DNA of 63,784 nt, counting the filler, from Intoshia linei (taxonomy: Eukaryota; Animalia; Orthonectida), in the NCBI GenBank assembly GCA_001642005.1. It is 5 parts of 5 records of this genome, joined end to end, with 100 filler letters (N's around TTAATTAATTAA, not from the genome) between each part and the next. Parts side by side here need not be neighbours in the genome. Positions count along the whole stretch, not along the records: positions 24,057 to 52,908 come from LWCA01000401.1; positions 53,009 to 55,668 come from LWCA01002253.1; positions 55,769 to 62,003 come from LWCA01001697.1; positions 62,104 to 63,784 come from LWCA01002527.1; 1 more part is not named here. One strand, written 5' to 3'. The notes beneath the pieces are model-generated. The model made no database searches and was not told where the DNA came from. It was given only the letters and a program-made list of their open reading frames with translations. The position numbers and the translations under genes were made by a program. Below are positions 50,978 to 63,784 of this stretch, piece after piece. How positions within the stretch are numbered: the stretch's first letter is position 1; each line of letters opens with the position of its first letter.

Positions 50978-52430
50978 CCCAATATTGCTCGCGCAGTGTC
51001 CATTTTATGGACGATTTTATTCAATGAAATTTAGTTAGCCTATAATTTTGCACCATTTATAAATTTTTATGATCAAATTAGTATCAATACTAAATTCACA
51101 ATAAATTTATTTTGTTGCTATGTTTTTCGTATAGCTGTCTATTCAACAGGATTATAATATTGAATTATCAACTGAATTTTCTAATTACTTTTATGGACAA
51201 TTTATTTCAAGATGATGTAGATGATGATTTTGACGAATTTAGTGGTATAGAATCAGACGAGGAATATATTAGTGAACATATGACTGAAACTGACGAATCT
51301 ATCTCATATACAAATTGTACGTTCATTGGAAAAGATGGGGAAAGTGAATGGTATGATTTTAAATAATCTCACAAAGGTTTTCCTTTCATAAAGGATACAA
51401 AAAGTATTTTTAATCGATCCAATATTACTATAGAAGAATCGTTTAGACTTTTATATACAAATATCATTGTTGATATTATTGAACTCAACAAACATAAAAA
51501 TTGAAGCGATTTCTAAAAATTTTAGCAGAAACTGAGATGCAAAACCCACCAATAAAATAAAAATTGATGCTTTTATAGGTATTCTCTTTATTGCAAGCAG
51601 TTTAAGAGGATCACGAACAAATGTTAGAGATATTTGGTCAAATGATGGCTGCAGTATAGATGCTATTAGAAATGTTCTATCATACACAAGACTCTTGTTC
51701 TTATCAAGATGTATTAGATTTGATAATATACACACTAGAGAAGAACGTAGAAAGTTTGATAAACTTGCTGCAATAAGAAAAGTTTTTGAATATTTTGTAA
51801 AAAATTTCAGAAATAATTATGAACCTAAAAAGAATCTTACCTTGAATAAAACAAATCTAATAATGGGGTAGTGGGCGTAATGTCACTATGGACAATTGGT
51901 TTACGTCTATACCGTTAGCGTTTGATTTATGGGAGAAAAAGTTGACAATGTGCGGTACAAAAAGTAAAAATAAAAAAGAACTTGCTGCATTTTTCATTAA
52001 TAGTAAAAATAGCGAAGTTTATTCCACTGTTTCAGCTTACCACAAAATAATATCACTAGTATTGTATTTTCAAAAACCAATAAGAATTGTCAATGTAATA
52101 TCTACAAAACACGATTGCATAACTATTGACCAAGACAACGAAGAGAAAAAACTGCATATTATTTTGTTTTATAATGAAACCAAGGGTGGTGTTGATACAC
52201 TTGACTATATGAAAAGGAAAAGTAGAATATGGCCTTACAGTTTATTTCAATAAATTATTAACATTCTTGCAGTGAATATTATATAATAATTTATATATAT
52301 TCTTCTGGAAATGAACATATTCTAGGCGGATGTATTTGAGAAAACTTGGAAAATCTTTATGCCATAATTATTGAAAATTAATTTAATTTTTAGAATTGTT
52401 ACCTGTTCAAAAAAGGCGAAGATGTTATTT
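50978..52430 (+). mobile_element. Degenerate piggyBac (PGBD4-like) element
   Basis: TTAA|CCC left end. Acidic N-terminus, then RCIRFDN..RKFDKLAAIR, VTMDNWFTSIPLA..LTMCGT and YNETKGGVDTLD. Stops, frameshifts and an internal deletion. Confidence 0.88.
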
Positions 52431-52503
52431 ATAGACGTTTTCAATCGTTAATACTGTTTTCAACAATAAGGTTATGTTCGCAATCGATAGGAGCATATTT
52501 CTA

Positions 52504-52908
52504 TTATGACATTCACAAAGTAATGTCGTTTTTATAACTATAATTATAACTTCTATAAAACAATTTTGATTAACCTTTATTCTACAAAATATTCTCCATT
52601 GCATTCAACAATTCTTCTCCAACGTTCCGGTAGCTTCTTAAATCCATTTTGAAAAAAACTGGGTTTTATTTGTCAAAAAGTTATCAATGTCAAATTTTAA
52701 ATGCTCAATTGAATCGTATTTTTTCCATGGTAATGGTTACTCATCGACCAAAAAAGGTGATTGTCAGAAGGAGCAATGTCTGGAGAATATGGTGGATGAT
52801 CTAATACCTCATAATTAATGTCCATTAAATGTTATCTAGTCTTTATAGCAGTACGAGGTCTAGCATTGTCGTGTAACAAAATAATATTACCTTTAGAGAA
52901 CATTCGAG
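52504..52908 (-). mobile_element. mariner transposase 3' fragment with TIR, cut by the gap
   Basis: LLHDNARPRTA...YEVLDHPPYSPDIAPSDNHLF. The TIR TTATGACATTCACAAAGTAATGTCGTTTT matches the MITE at 35482-35668. Confidence 0.88.
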
Positions 52909-53008
52909 NNNNNNNNNNNNNNNNNNNNNNNNNNNNNNNNNNNNNNNNNNNNTTAATTAATTAANNNNNNNNNNNNNNNNNNNNNNNNNNNNNNNNNNNN
53001 NNNNNNNN
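52909..53008. other. Artificial contig spacer
   Basis: N44-TTAATTAATTAA-N44. Confidence 0.97.
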
Positions 53009-53669
53009 AACAAATTTAAAAAAATAAACTGTATAACTAAACATGGAGAACAGTATTATAAAAGCGGTACCACGTTTAAAAGCTCAAACGCCTATTTCCA
53101 TTAAAATAAAGTTCAGTTTTAATTTCTTCATAATATTTACAAGTGATATTTAAAATGACAAACGCAACTCGAATAGATAGCGTTAAATATTTTTGATTGC
53201 GAATTAGTTTTTCAATTTTAAAAATACACACTTTTAGTACTAATTGCCCTTGATTTTTTGATGGGTGTGACACCCTAGATGTCATATTCAAGTATAATAC
53301 AAGACTAATATTTTAAATTTTATTTTAATTTTAGAGCACATTGCTTGGGTATAAATTCAATTCTACACTAATAAGCTTGTACAAATGTCCATAATGGAAA
53401 TTTAATAAATTAATAAAAGGTAAAAATGTAATGTAGATACTAACTCTGACTTTCAAACAATGAAATATAGTATAAATGAATCTTATAAAATTAATTTATT
53501 TATATGACTTACAGAGAATCTCTATTAGAGATTTGCTGAGGTATACAACATACATTACCCAAACAACAATTAATTCATAAATTTTAGCATGATATAAAAT
53601 AAAGAATACTTTAATTTAAATTGTTATAATTTTAGTTTTTATATTGCATTTTATTCAATCACAATCACA

Positions 53670-53836
53670 ATGCCAAAAGGTTAAATATTTTCTGTTATTT
53701 TAAGTTAAATACATTATTAATTGATTTAAATGGAATTTTAAACAATTTTTTATTTTTAGGTAAAAAGAAAGTTGGAAAGGGCGGATATCGTCAATTTACT
53801 GATATTGATACGCTTAGAGAGCAGACACGTGAAATG
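53670..53836 (+). CDS. 5' exons (53670-53679, 53760-53836) of a PDAP1/HASPP28-like protein; remainder not found
   Basis: MPKG-KKKVGKGGYRQFTDIDTLREQTREM resembles the PDAP1 start [23 protein letters not shown]. GT-AG intron. Confidence 0.6.
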
Positions 53837-54246
53837 GTTTTTATTTTATTTTTTTGTTTATGAGGACCAAACGTACATCACAGCTATATTTATTTTGTAT
53901 TTTGGACATTTAGAGCGTAGTGTTAACATTTAATTTCATCCTATTTTTAAGTCTTACCGGACTATGACCGAAAAATTTGAAAAATCAACGTAACTTATAG
54001 CTTTAGAATAATTTTTAGTTTAAAATTTACAGTATAAATTTGACTTTTTGAGGAATATTCGTTATTTCAAAATTTGTTGTAAAATTTATAACAATTTATG
54101 TGTAAGTCAGTGTTTCCAAATTTTTTAAGTGTCATGCCCCTCTTTTATCCTTACGAAATTTCTACGCCCCACCATAATTTGTAACAAATGTTTCCATGTA
54201 GTGTCTTAACAGAATTTTTTATGTTTATATTACTGCGCAACAAAAT

Positions 54247-54587
54247 CAGGGGCGTATTCAAGGGGTGCAGAAGGTGCAGTTGCATTCCTAAATTTTTAAT
54301 TTATGTTTTATAATGTTGTAATGTTAATGTTGGTTAATGAATTTACAATACTTCATCCAAGAAAACTGGACCTAGTTGACTTAGGATTATTTAATGAACA
54401 AAATGAATTTTTCTTTTTTTTGTGCTGTCATTTTTTTTTTTTTGCGAAAAAATACAAATTTGCAAACTATTGTATAACAACCTTTAAATGAAATTAGAAG
54501 AAACGCTTTAAAATCAAACTAGACGCCCCTAAAAAATATTGCTCGCTTTGCTCGCACCCCATTAACTAGCCTCTTGGACCCGCCCTG
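54247..54587. mobile_element. hAT-type MITE
   Basis: Imperfect TIRs CAGGGGCGTATTCAAG / CTTGGACCCGCCCTG; GC-rich subterminal TGCA motifs. Confidence 0.55.
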
Positions 54588-55668
54588 AAACTGGGGTAAA
54601 AAGTTAAATTAAAATTTAATATACCTAAATAAAATATAAAATGGATCAAATATTGCAATGCAAACCTGTATAAGATTCGCTATACATGATTAGATATAGA
54701 TACCTGGAATATAATGAAGTTCAGTTATTTAGAATAAGTGTCTGTCTTTGTATTTAAAGTGCTAGCAGGATGCCGTTACCAGTGACTTACTTAATATGGA
54801 GTAGCTAAATTAGATATCGTAAGATATTATTGCATATCACACGATCTTAATTATATCATTGTGATTTACAGCAGACATTCTCAACCCTGTTTCGCTATTC
54901 GCTTTTTACTAATACAGTTTTTTAATAAGGATGCAGCATTGCAAATTTTATTTTCCAAAATTAAGTTTTTCAGGGTCAAAAACCGATTATCTTTTTTTAA
55001 AAATAAAATCAGCCCTAAAATTTAAAAAAGCATATATTCTGGAACGCGTTTGAAATTCGTTACCATCGGCGTAAACCTCAGCCTCAGAAACTTAAATCTT
55101 CATATTCAAAACTTTAAATTAATCTTTTGTTTAAAAATGAAGTATTAAAATTTTATAAAACATACATTCTGTGAGTTTTTAAAATCATAAGAATTTATCA
55201 TAAATAGTAATCGTAAAAAAGTGAATTTTTTGACAATTGGTCTATAGTGTCATTTTGTCACAACAAGTTTTGGAATCATTCATTCGGAGAAATGCATGAT
55301 AAAAAAACTATATACTACATGTACTTAAAATTTGGTTTTTTGCGGGATTCAAGTTTTAATTAATACAAAGAGTGGAATCACATAATAATAATTGTATTTT
55401 TGTTATTATATTTTAATTTTACAATTTAATCTAATAAGGCAGCAAAAATATCTAACCTAGCCTGTGAACGCCAGTAGTACATATAATTTTCTCTCTTTCT
55501 TTTTAGTAAACGTTCAGTGTGTTAATTAATTTTATCTTTATATAATTTTAATTCTTAAAGTCTATCACTCTCGTTAAGACCATTTTTTTCTATCAGTACG
55601 TTTGTCAATAATAGAGATATGTCAAAATCAATGTTAAAATGTGTGTTATCATACGAATATATTCCACT

Positions 55669-55768
55669 NNNNNNNNNNNNNNNNNNNNNNNNNNNNNNNN
55701 NNNNNNNNNNNNTTAATTAATTAANNNNNNNNNNNNNNNNNNNNNNNNNNNNNNNNNNNNNNNNNNNN
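55669..55768. other. Artificial contig spacer
   Basis: N44-TTAATTAATTAA-N44. Confidence 0.97.
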
Positions 55769-57600
55769 AATATTGGTGAGGTGGGTGATATGGGGTTTTT
55801 GAAAAATATTGATAAAATTAATACAAAGAATATTTAAATAACCTTGATATGGAATATGAGTTAGAAAATAAAGTTGTAGGATTTGAGTTGCAGGTGAAGT
55901 CAAAAATTGGTAAGGTGAGTGAATTATTAGCTAGTGTGTTTAATAAATTTTGTCAGGTGGTAAATCAGTTTGGTGATGTATTTTGTGAAAAACCTGGCAG
56001 AACTAAGTTGTTGAAACATAAGATAAATTTGGGTGATGGTGTTAATCCGGTGCGTGGGCCCGTGTATGGTGCTCCATGGAATGTGAGACATAAATTGAGG
56101 GAACAATTGGAAGAAATGTTGAGGTTGGGTGTTATTGTAGTGTCTAAATCTAGTTGGAGGTCCCCATGCTTTTTGGTGCCAAAAAAAGATGGTAAGGACA
56201 GATTGGTTGTATATTTTAATGGTTTGAATGAGTTGACGAAAAATGATACGTATCCTACGCCAAATCCAGATGATATGTTTGATTTGTTGAATGAGGGTAA
56301 AGTGTTTACAACATTGGATTTAAGTAAAGGGTTTTGGCAGATTGAGTTAAGAGAGGAGGATAGGTATTTAACGGCGTTTGCAACAAATTCCACGGGGTTG
56401 GGAAATAAATTATTTCAATTTAAGGTGATATCTTTTGATTTGAATAACGGGCCAGCGACATGTCAAAAATTAAGTGACAAGGTGTTGGGTAGTATAGGAT
56501 TTGCAGTTGCTTATTTGGATGATATAATTATATTTTATATTATATTTTTTAATAATTTGGAAAAGCATAAGAAGCATTTAGTTGAGGTGTTAAAAAGATT
56601 GCGTAAATATGGGTTGACGGTGAATCCTTCAAAATGGAATCCTTCAAAAATAATAAAGGAAATCTTAGGTGTATTAGAGGAAGAAAAGTTGTGGTAAAGA
56701 ATAATTTATTAGATATTGACAATTTGCATAAGATTTTTAAGGTGTTGGAACCATTATATGCATGTAATACTGACGGTAAGATTACATTGATTGAGTTTGA
56801 TAAATTGAACAGCAGGGAACAATATAGTAAGATACCTAGGATGTTATTAACATTATATTTTAAAAAGTATGATGATGCGTTGTTCGAAACTAAGCGGTTA
56901 TTATGGATATATATATATGGTGAAGTATCATCAAGGGTGTTAGATTATTTGCACATCACTGATATTTAAGTTGGATTGTAATTTGAGAACAAGATATAGT
57001 ATAAATTTCCAAATTTTAATTTTTGGTTTTATATGAAAAGGTGAAGTTAAGTTGGAAGAAAAATTAAGGTGTGTGACTGAAAAGTCTTAAAACTACCAAT
57101 TATGACCGAAACGTCTTAAAACTACTCAATGGGACCGGAAAGTCTAAAAACTACCAAATAGACCCAAAGGTCAGTAAACTTGTGGACAAACTAAGCCCTT
57201 AAAATAACTTACCTAAATGTGATTAAACTTGTCGATAACCTAAGTCGTTAAAATAATTTACCCAAAGGTGATTAAACTGGTCGATATGAAAAGTCGTTAA
57301 AAATACGAAGGTGGTGAAGCTGTCCTGGTGAAGAAATTCTTGTAAATGGTGACGAAATTGCAGTCAATGGTGTGCATTCAATTACAGTGGTGAGGGTAGC
57401 CGCGCTTGGTACCCTGGTGAATATACAAAGTGCCTTTTGGTGAATGTTTTGGTGAAGGATTTTGTATAAATTGAGGGAGGTGTTGTAATTGTTATGTAAA
57501 TAGTTGTTAAGTTGTATCTAATGTGATCATCATGATCACTTTATGATTTTGTACACGTGATTAAATTGTTAATTTAAGTTAATAATAATTTTTAATTTCA
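55769..57600 (+). mobile_element. Ty3/Gypsy LTR retrotransposon fragment (RT ORF 55849-56697; PPT ~57473-57480; 3' LTR from 57481)
   Basis: SSWRSPCFLVPKKDG, LDLSKGFWQI, TAF and YLDDIII RT motifs. GAGGGAGG|TGTTG PPT-LTR junction. LTR end not defined. Confidence 0.88.
57075..57306 (+). repeat. Compound tandem array in the Gypsy 3' region: 3 x ~29 bp then 3 x ~49 bp
   Basis: GACyGrAAmGTCTwAAAACTAC x3; ACCyAAAkGTsAkTAAACTkGTsGA..AAGyCsTTAAAA x3. Confidence 0.75.
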
Positions 57601-57699
57601 GGAAGTAATCAAACTTTTACGATAATTTATTTAAAGTAACTTTATTAAATTTTTATTTATGATTTATTATTGTTGTTTTTTACTAAAATTAATAATTGA

Positions 57700-59640
57700 T
57701 AAAATTGTTCTAAATATCCTCTTCGATTTTTGAAATTTTACTGGCTTTTTTTGTATTTCATTAATGCTCATTAAGCTAGATTATTGACAGAAAAAGCATT
57801 TTTCACGCATTTCACATACTTGGTGAAGTAATCGACTGATTACTGAAGGGTAAATTTGAGTTTATCACAGTTGTATATTATTGTAAATATTGGATTAATT
57901 GTTTACGTTGATTCCCAGTCAAAAATCATGGACATGTCATTGATTCTAGCCTTTTTTGTATCAGCGGCCTTCAAATATAACGGTAAATAACCATTGAAAA
58001 CCATAAAAAGAAAAATTTTGCCTCATCAGTTTGATTAAATCCCAATATATAAAACATCCATCTTGCCTTTGACACAGACCCGGTTTTCTTAGAGTCAATT
58101 TACCACGAAACATAAAATGTAATATTAAGGTGCAACACTCTTTATAATCATCTCGAAAACATTGCTTTCGACAAATGACCGATTTAGCGTAATCCATGTT
58201 TAAACTAAAGATTCAATTGGAGTCAAATCATGAGAATCATTATATATCCTTAAATTTAAGGTAGGCATTATTCAAATTTTTCATAAAATCGTAACCGGGT
58301 ACGTGTGGTGTAGATGATTCCCGAACAATTATATAAACACAGATTTCATAATCAGCTCAAAAATATGATGTCGACAGGGAAGTATGATTAGATTTTGAGG
58401 AAACATTTTTTGTAAGTAATTTACACTTCCCCTCATCCTCCCAATGTTGGCTGCTGTCGTATCATATGATAAACTCACCACTCGTTTTATTAAACCACAA
58501 TCTTTTAAAACAGCAATTACAGAATTGGCAATCGTAATATTTTTTCCGTTTGGTTGTTCGACATCAACCAATACAATTTCTAGTCCAGAGTCTATAGCCA
58601 CTATAACGACGGCTAATTTTTCTTTATCAAATTTTTACCGTCAAAATAAACGTTAACAGATCTAATATCGGCAACAATTAAACGTAATTTAGCAAAATCT
58701 CCTTCTCGTTTTATTTTTTTTCGACGACGTATGATTTCATGGAATTAATTCATAAAAGAACCAGCTGCGGTATTAGAAACTATTTTAGAATTGCACATTC
58801 TCAAATTATCAGATATTTCACATTTTCATCACTATAATCATTTATACATGTATGAGATGTTTCAAATAAGTAATTTCTGATCATTCTATCAAAATATATA
58901 TAGTCATTTCTACCATAGCTTCCACTTTGCCCTTCGAAATAAATATTTTGTTGGCTTAGTTGTTCCTTTGTTTTATTTAATTTAAAGGGTCTTTTATATA
59001 AATGAGGTTTATTGGAAGAGCTACCTATCGATCCAATTCTTTTTTTTTGTACTTCTATGAATTTTATATCCTCATATAAGGCCCTATTTGATCCAATTTA
59101 ATAAATTCAAATAAATTATTGAGATTATTTATACAAATTAAGATTAATTGTATTAACAACTAATTATGATTGACATTGACACTTTTAATTTTAATTCCAT
59201 CTAAGTATTTTGAACGAAAATATATTAATTTGTTAATTTTCAATTTAAATCAGATTCCAATAGTATATATCCACTAACCATTTAGGGCAAACGTTCCATA
59301 TTAATATTAACATAAAAACAGTATTGTAGATGTCTAGATGACTGACAATATACAAATTCATATACTGACAATAAAAAGGGATGCTCGTTATATTTTCCAA
59401 GTATTTAAAATTTTAATAAATTAAAGTAAAAGTGGTAAAAATTGATGTATAACTTGTAAAATACTTTAAACTTATGTTTATTTTATATAAAAATTCACAA
59501 GAAAATGTGGAACTTTAAATGGAGCCTGCACGGAGATCTGAGTATAAAAACTATTTTTTTAACGAATTAATTATATAAATTGGAATAAGCATATAACTAT
59601 TGCTAAGCACATTAAAATTGTGAATATGTGTGACACCCTA
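57700..59640 (-). mobile_element. hATm-like DNA transposon relic
   Basis: SYDTTAANIG..G..LPCRHHIFEL and FRDDYKE...RKPG motifs. Terminus TAGGGTGTCACAC at 59640 (-); a similar end lies near 53277. Confidence 0.75.
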
Positions 59641-60671
59641 ATGTATATCATCTTAAATCTTTTGTTATTATCCTCTCCTATCAAAAGTGCAAAATATTAT
59701 TTACCATGGTTTTTATATACTATGGGAAATTTATAGTCTATAATTCAATATCTGATTATATAGAAACAGACATGCATCAGATAGTATTTTATATAAATTC
59801 TGTGGACAAAGCTTTTAAGAGATATCAAACCGTTAAGACGAGTTCGATTGTACTGATCGGAATCTCCTATTCATCATATTCAACAGTAGACGTTTAACAC
59901 GATTTGTTATATATTTCAATATTAAATAATTTATTATACTATAATATAGGTAAATTAATTAAATGGTTCTACAATTATTTATCCCGGATATAAGAGCTCA
60001 TTACACGCAATTTATAATATGAACATTGTAAAATTCTGAAAAATGCAAGTGCAGAAGTCTAATACTTAATTATAAAAATTATAATTCAGCTTGAATTAAT
60101 AATTATTTTTACGCTGTTCATTTAATAGAAAGAATATAAATTAAATATACAAATATATTAATAATAATATAAATTAAGCTACTTATGAAGTATAAAGTGG
60201 CTATTCAAAAAATAGCTATAGATAAATTGGCGCACTATCAAAATATCGTAAATCAAAAGATTGTAAAAATATACTAATATTAGAATTTATAATTGAATTA
60301 AATAAAAAAATATTCTCTGGTGTGAACACCATATAATATTTTTAATTTTTTTGTAATATGGTTTGTAGGTATAATATGGTATCTTAATATTTCAGTTTTA
60401 ACTTGCGTCTGTAGATCTACGATCAAATATTATCATATACTAAAATTAATATTAACTACGATTATAAAATACGATCATGTGATTTTATGATCATTTAAAC
60501 GGACACGAGATGAATTATATCTCGATGGACAAATGACATTACAGATTCAATCTAGTTCAAGTATATTTAAATAGATGATAATCGTATTAATTACTTTAAA
60601 ATAATAAAATCTAAATAAAATATAAAAAATTATGAAAATAGCAAATGATTTATAAACATTGAATGTATAAC

Positions 60672-61869
60672 TTACATTAATAAAAGTGAAAGCTGCAACA
60701 GATAAATATATCATGGTCATCTTGATAACATTTTCTTCGTGAGTTCTAAAATGTTATGAATTATATTTACATAGATTTTATATTAACCATTAGACACCAA
60801 AGTACTCAGATGCGAGTAATCAAAAATTTCATGTATGTTTAAAGTGTTGACTCTAAAGTAATCAGATCTGATAATGGGCGTATCGGAAAAATATTTTATT
60901 AGTCATATGCAATGCATATTATGCATGTTATTAATACTGTATTTTGATTTTATATCAAAAAAAGACTAGACTTGTTTTTGACGGAAAAGTATTTTGATCT
61001 AGTGTCTATAGGCTAACAAAAAATAAATAATTTAAAATATTAAATTTAAAATAAATTACAATTTTTCTTTAGTTTTGAACAACACTTTTACCCTCTCTGA
61101 ATTTTGCATAGCAAAATTATTCATATGATTGACATCGTCATTTAATAATTTAATTAACTTCCAAATGCGTCTAATTAATATTATAAGTATCATTCACACG
61201 AATTCAATAATCATAATTACTCATCATGTGCAAAATCTCCCGACGCCAAACTAATAACTTTATCAGCAGTATTAAGATAAACCCACTGCAAGAAACGCAT
61301 AAACGACAATTTTTTATAATTCTTGATATCAGTATCGACCAGTATATTTAATAAATCATCAACCGAAAATATTGTCTGACATATAGATTCAATAAATCTA
61401 TTTTCTCCCTAATTTAAATAATGATATGAAATATCAAAAACTTGATTAAAATTACTTCAGCACATGTAGCTAACAAGTCGACCATTTCAATTAAATAATT
61501 TTTTTCTTGTTCATCCTTTCCTTTTAATATAGCAATCCTAAAATTTGCAATAAATTTCAAAGAATATTTATAATTATCACAATACTAAAAAATTCAAAAC
61601 ATACAAATTACAACAAATCATAAATAATACCTTTTATCATTGTCAACATCAATTAATTTAGCAATAGTTTGACGAAACTCCATAAAATATTTGATAACTA
61701 GACTTTGATTTCTTTTAAGAGGTAAATCAAGCTCTTCAACTTTCACACAGGCGTTTAAAACTGTTAAAAGTTCTGGGCAATTTATTGTTAATGTAGAAAT
61801 AATTGACATTATAGTATGTACTTGTTCGCTTCCAACTTTCATGCACGCGTCCTTATTTCCAGTAAAAAC
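60672..61869 (-). CDS. Internal exons of an IP3-receptor/RyR-superfamily (ITPR-like) gene (61869-61631, 61537-61456, 61408-61221, 61170-61060; further exons to ~60672 uncertain)
   Basis: VKVEELDLPLKRNQ..VDLLATCAEGENRFIESICQTIFSVDDLLNIL...FLQWVY aligns by eye with the IP3R RIH region LLAxCxEGKNxxxExxCxxLxxxDDI...FLxHxY. Confidence 0.78.
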
Positions 61870-62003
61870 CTAAAATAATTATATCGCAGTGTTAGAGTTA
61901 TAATGTTCTATCTGTATAAACATCGTTTTTCATTAATCGACTTTAAAAGTTAAAAGTACTATATTGCCTAAAATATAATTTTTATGTTAAAATTTAATTA
62001 TAC

Positions 62004-62103
62004 NNNNNNNNNNNNNNNNNNNNNNNNNNNNNNNNNNNNNNNNNNNNTTAATTAATTAANNNNNNNNNNNNNNNNNNNNNNNNNNNNNNNNNNNNNNNNN
62101 NNN
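62004..62103. other. Artificial contig spacer
   Basis: N44-TTAATTAATTAA-N44. Confidence 0.97.
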
Positions 62104-63784
62104 GACATGCCAAAAGGTGATGGACGATTTACTTGGCGATTTAGAAAATGTTACAATATATATGGACGATATCATATATAAAGTGGTAGAATATGCAAGT
62201 AAAGCATTTAATGAAACTCGAAAGAGGTACAGTACGGTAAACCAGGAGCTATATGCTATATTTTGGTCATTTAGGAAATTTCGATATTATCTTTTAGGAA
62301 AAAAATTCATTGTCATAACGGATCATAATCCATTGACAACACTCAGGAAATCCACTAACTTGAGCAATGCTCAATTTAGATGGATTGAATACATGGAATA
62401 ATTTGATTTCTCTATAATCTATCGACCAGGTCATCTAAACGTTAGAGCTGATGTTTTGTCACGAAATACTAATATAATTTCACTTAATAACGATCCCTTT
62501 GACATTAAAACTAATCAACGGAGCGATATTGATATTACAAGTGCCATAAACTCAATGGAAAACCATATAGAAATGTTAAAAATTAATCCATATTCCTTCC
62601 ATAAAAGGAGATTATAAATCATTGATGGAATACTACATTACCAAAACAAAATTAATGTAACAATCGTACCAAAAATTATGAAAAATGAAATAATAGGATA
62701 TTTTCACAAATCGAATCTTTATGTGCACCCAGGTATAACCAAAATGCTCCAGTTAATTAGGAGTCGATATTTTTGGGTGGGTATGCACAAGGACATAAAA
62801 GAGTACGTAACAAAATGTAAAAAATGTAGCACATCTAAATTTCGCAACCATCACAAACAAATTAGAATGAATCCAGTCATATCGAAGCATTTCAACGAGT
62901 TATGGCAGATTGATATAATGGGACCTCTCCCTAAAACTAATAATGGTAATGTTTATTTGCTTAATATGATAGATCACTTTACTGGGCTAACAGAATGCAT
63001 TGCCATTCCTCATAAAACCGCAGAAACAGTGTGCCAAGTTATATATAATCATTTAATATGTCGATATGGTAACCCCGAAATGATTCAAACGGATATGGGG
63101 CGAGAATTTGACTGTAAATTATTGAACGAGCTCTGCAACGCATTTAATATTAAAAAGGGAACATCTACACCGTATAGACACCAAGAGAATGGTAAAGTAA
63201 AACGGCTCAACAGAGTTATACGAGAAAAATCAAGAATATTTTGTAACGATGAGGGTACCAACTGGACACAAAAATTGATAACATTGCGACAAGTGTCAGA
63301 ATGCTGCCTTCGGAGCGAACAGGTATGTCGCCAATAGAAATGGTATATGGAAAAAAACCACTAAATTATAAAAGAATACAAGAATTCCAAAAGAAGTATT
63401 TAAAACGAACTAAGGATAATTATGACAAGGAAGGTACAAAAATCAGACAGCTACGACCACGATAATTATGAACCAATTATTCGTGTAAAATCAAAGGATA
63501 ACATGATTTATAAAGAAAGAAATGAACGCCTTAGAAAAATAAAAAAACCAATCAAATTTAAGGATTACGTTCTGAATATAAGACACGAAAAATTTAAAGA
63601 TAATCATATAGACTTGAAATTATTGAAGCTAATACATCTAGCAGACACCCATTTCAGAGAAAATTTTGTATTTAATCAAATCATGGAAATATGAGAAGCT
63701 AACAAAATACTTTATTCTTAAGAAGGGAGGTGTAGTATCGTCACAGATACTAACTAAACTTATCTTATTCTACTATAAATATAA
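62104..63784 (+). mobile_element. Ty3/Gypsy pol remnant (RT end, RNase H, integrase), PPT 63721-63730, 3' LTR from 63731
   Basis: YMDDII; YAS..YST..ELYAI..TDHNPL; IYRPG..N..ADVLSR; HHCC finger (H..HPG..C..C); WQIDIMGP, TDMGREF and STPYRHQENG. In-frame stop at ~62400. AGAAGGGAGG|TGT. Confidence 0.93.

Noticed and set aside
55965-56393. 142-aa antisense ORF opposite the Gypsy RT
   Set aside because: Explained by the G/T strand skew of the RT coding sequence.
57075-57306. Regularly spaced ~29/49-bp repeats as a possible CRISPR-like array
   Set aside because: Units are contiguous degenerate tandem copies with no unique spacers; eukaryotic Gypsy context and no cas genes.

Overview
AT-rich, intron-containing animal (metazoan) genomic DNA. 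The window holds five contigs joined by four artificial 100-nt N/TTAATTAATTAA spacers, so adjacency across those joins is not evidence. Genes reconstructed by hand from GT-AG exon chains: a small UBZ-like zinc finger plus G-patch protein; a complete ~4,339-aa BLTP1/KIAA1109/Tweek gene with one 12.4-kb exon and an apparent extra signal-peptide exon; the M2-M4 half of an anion-selective Cys-loop receptor with no visible ligand-binding domain; the 3' end of a CCDC33-like gene; an 8-exon SAXO5/TEX45-like Mn-repeat ciliary protein; a 2-exon secreted NPY/NPF-like peptide precursor candidate; a 16-exon glycerol-kinase-fold gene with a rewritten substrate pocket; the 3' part of a V-ATPase B subunit; the 5' end of a PDAP1-like gene; and an internal piece of an IP3-receptor-like gene. 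Introns are either ~38-75 nt or inflated by transposon relics: a non-autonomous Helitron family (about 10 pieces, one apparently full length), mariner, Tc1/pogo and hAT MITEs, hAT, hATm and piggyBac transposase relics, and two Gypsy LTR fragments. A decayed intronless ~430-codon ORF of unknown family lies inside a V-ATPase intron. Ciliary genes, very short introns, strong protein divergence and an M2 resembling lophotrochozoan chloride channels suggest a ciliated, fast-evolving invertebrate, possibly orthonectid-like (inference only). No multi-gene novel system can be demonstrated from sequence alone; the best leads are listed as findings. All family assignments come from recalled motifs, not database searches.
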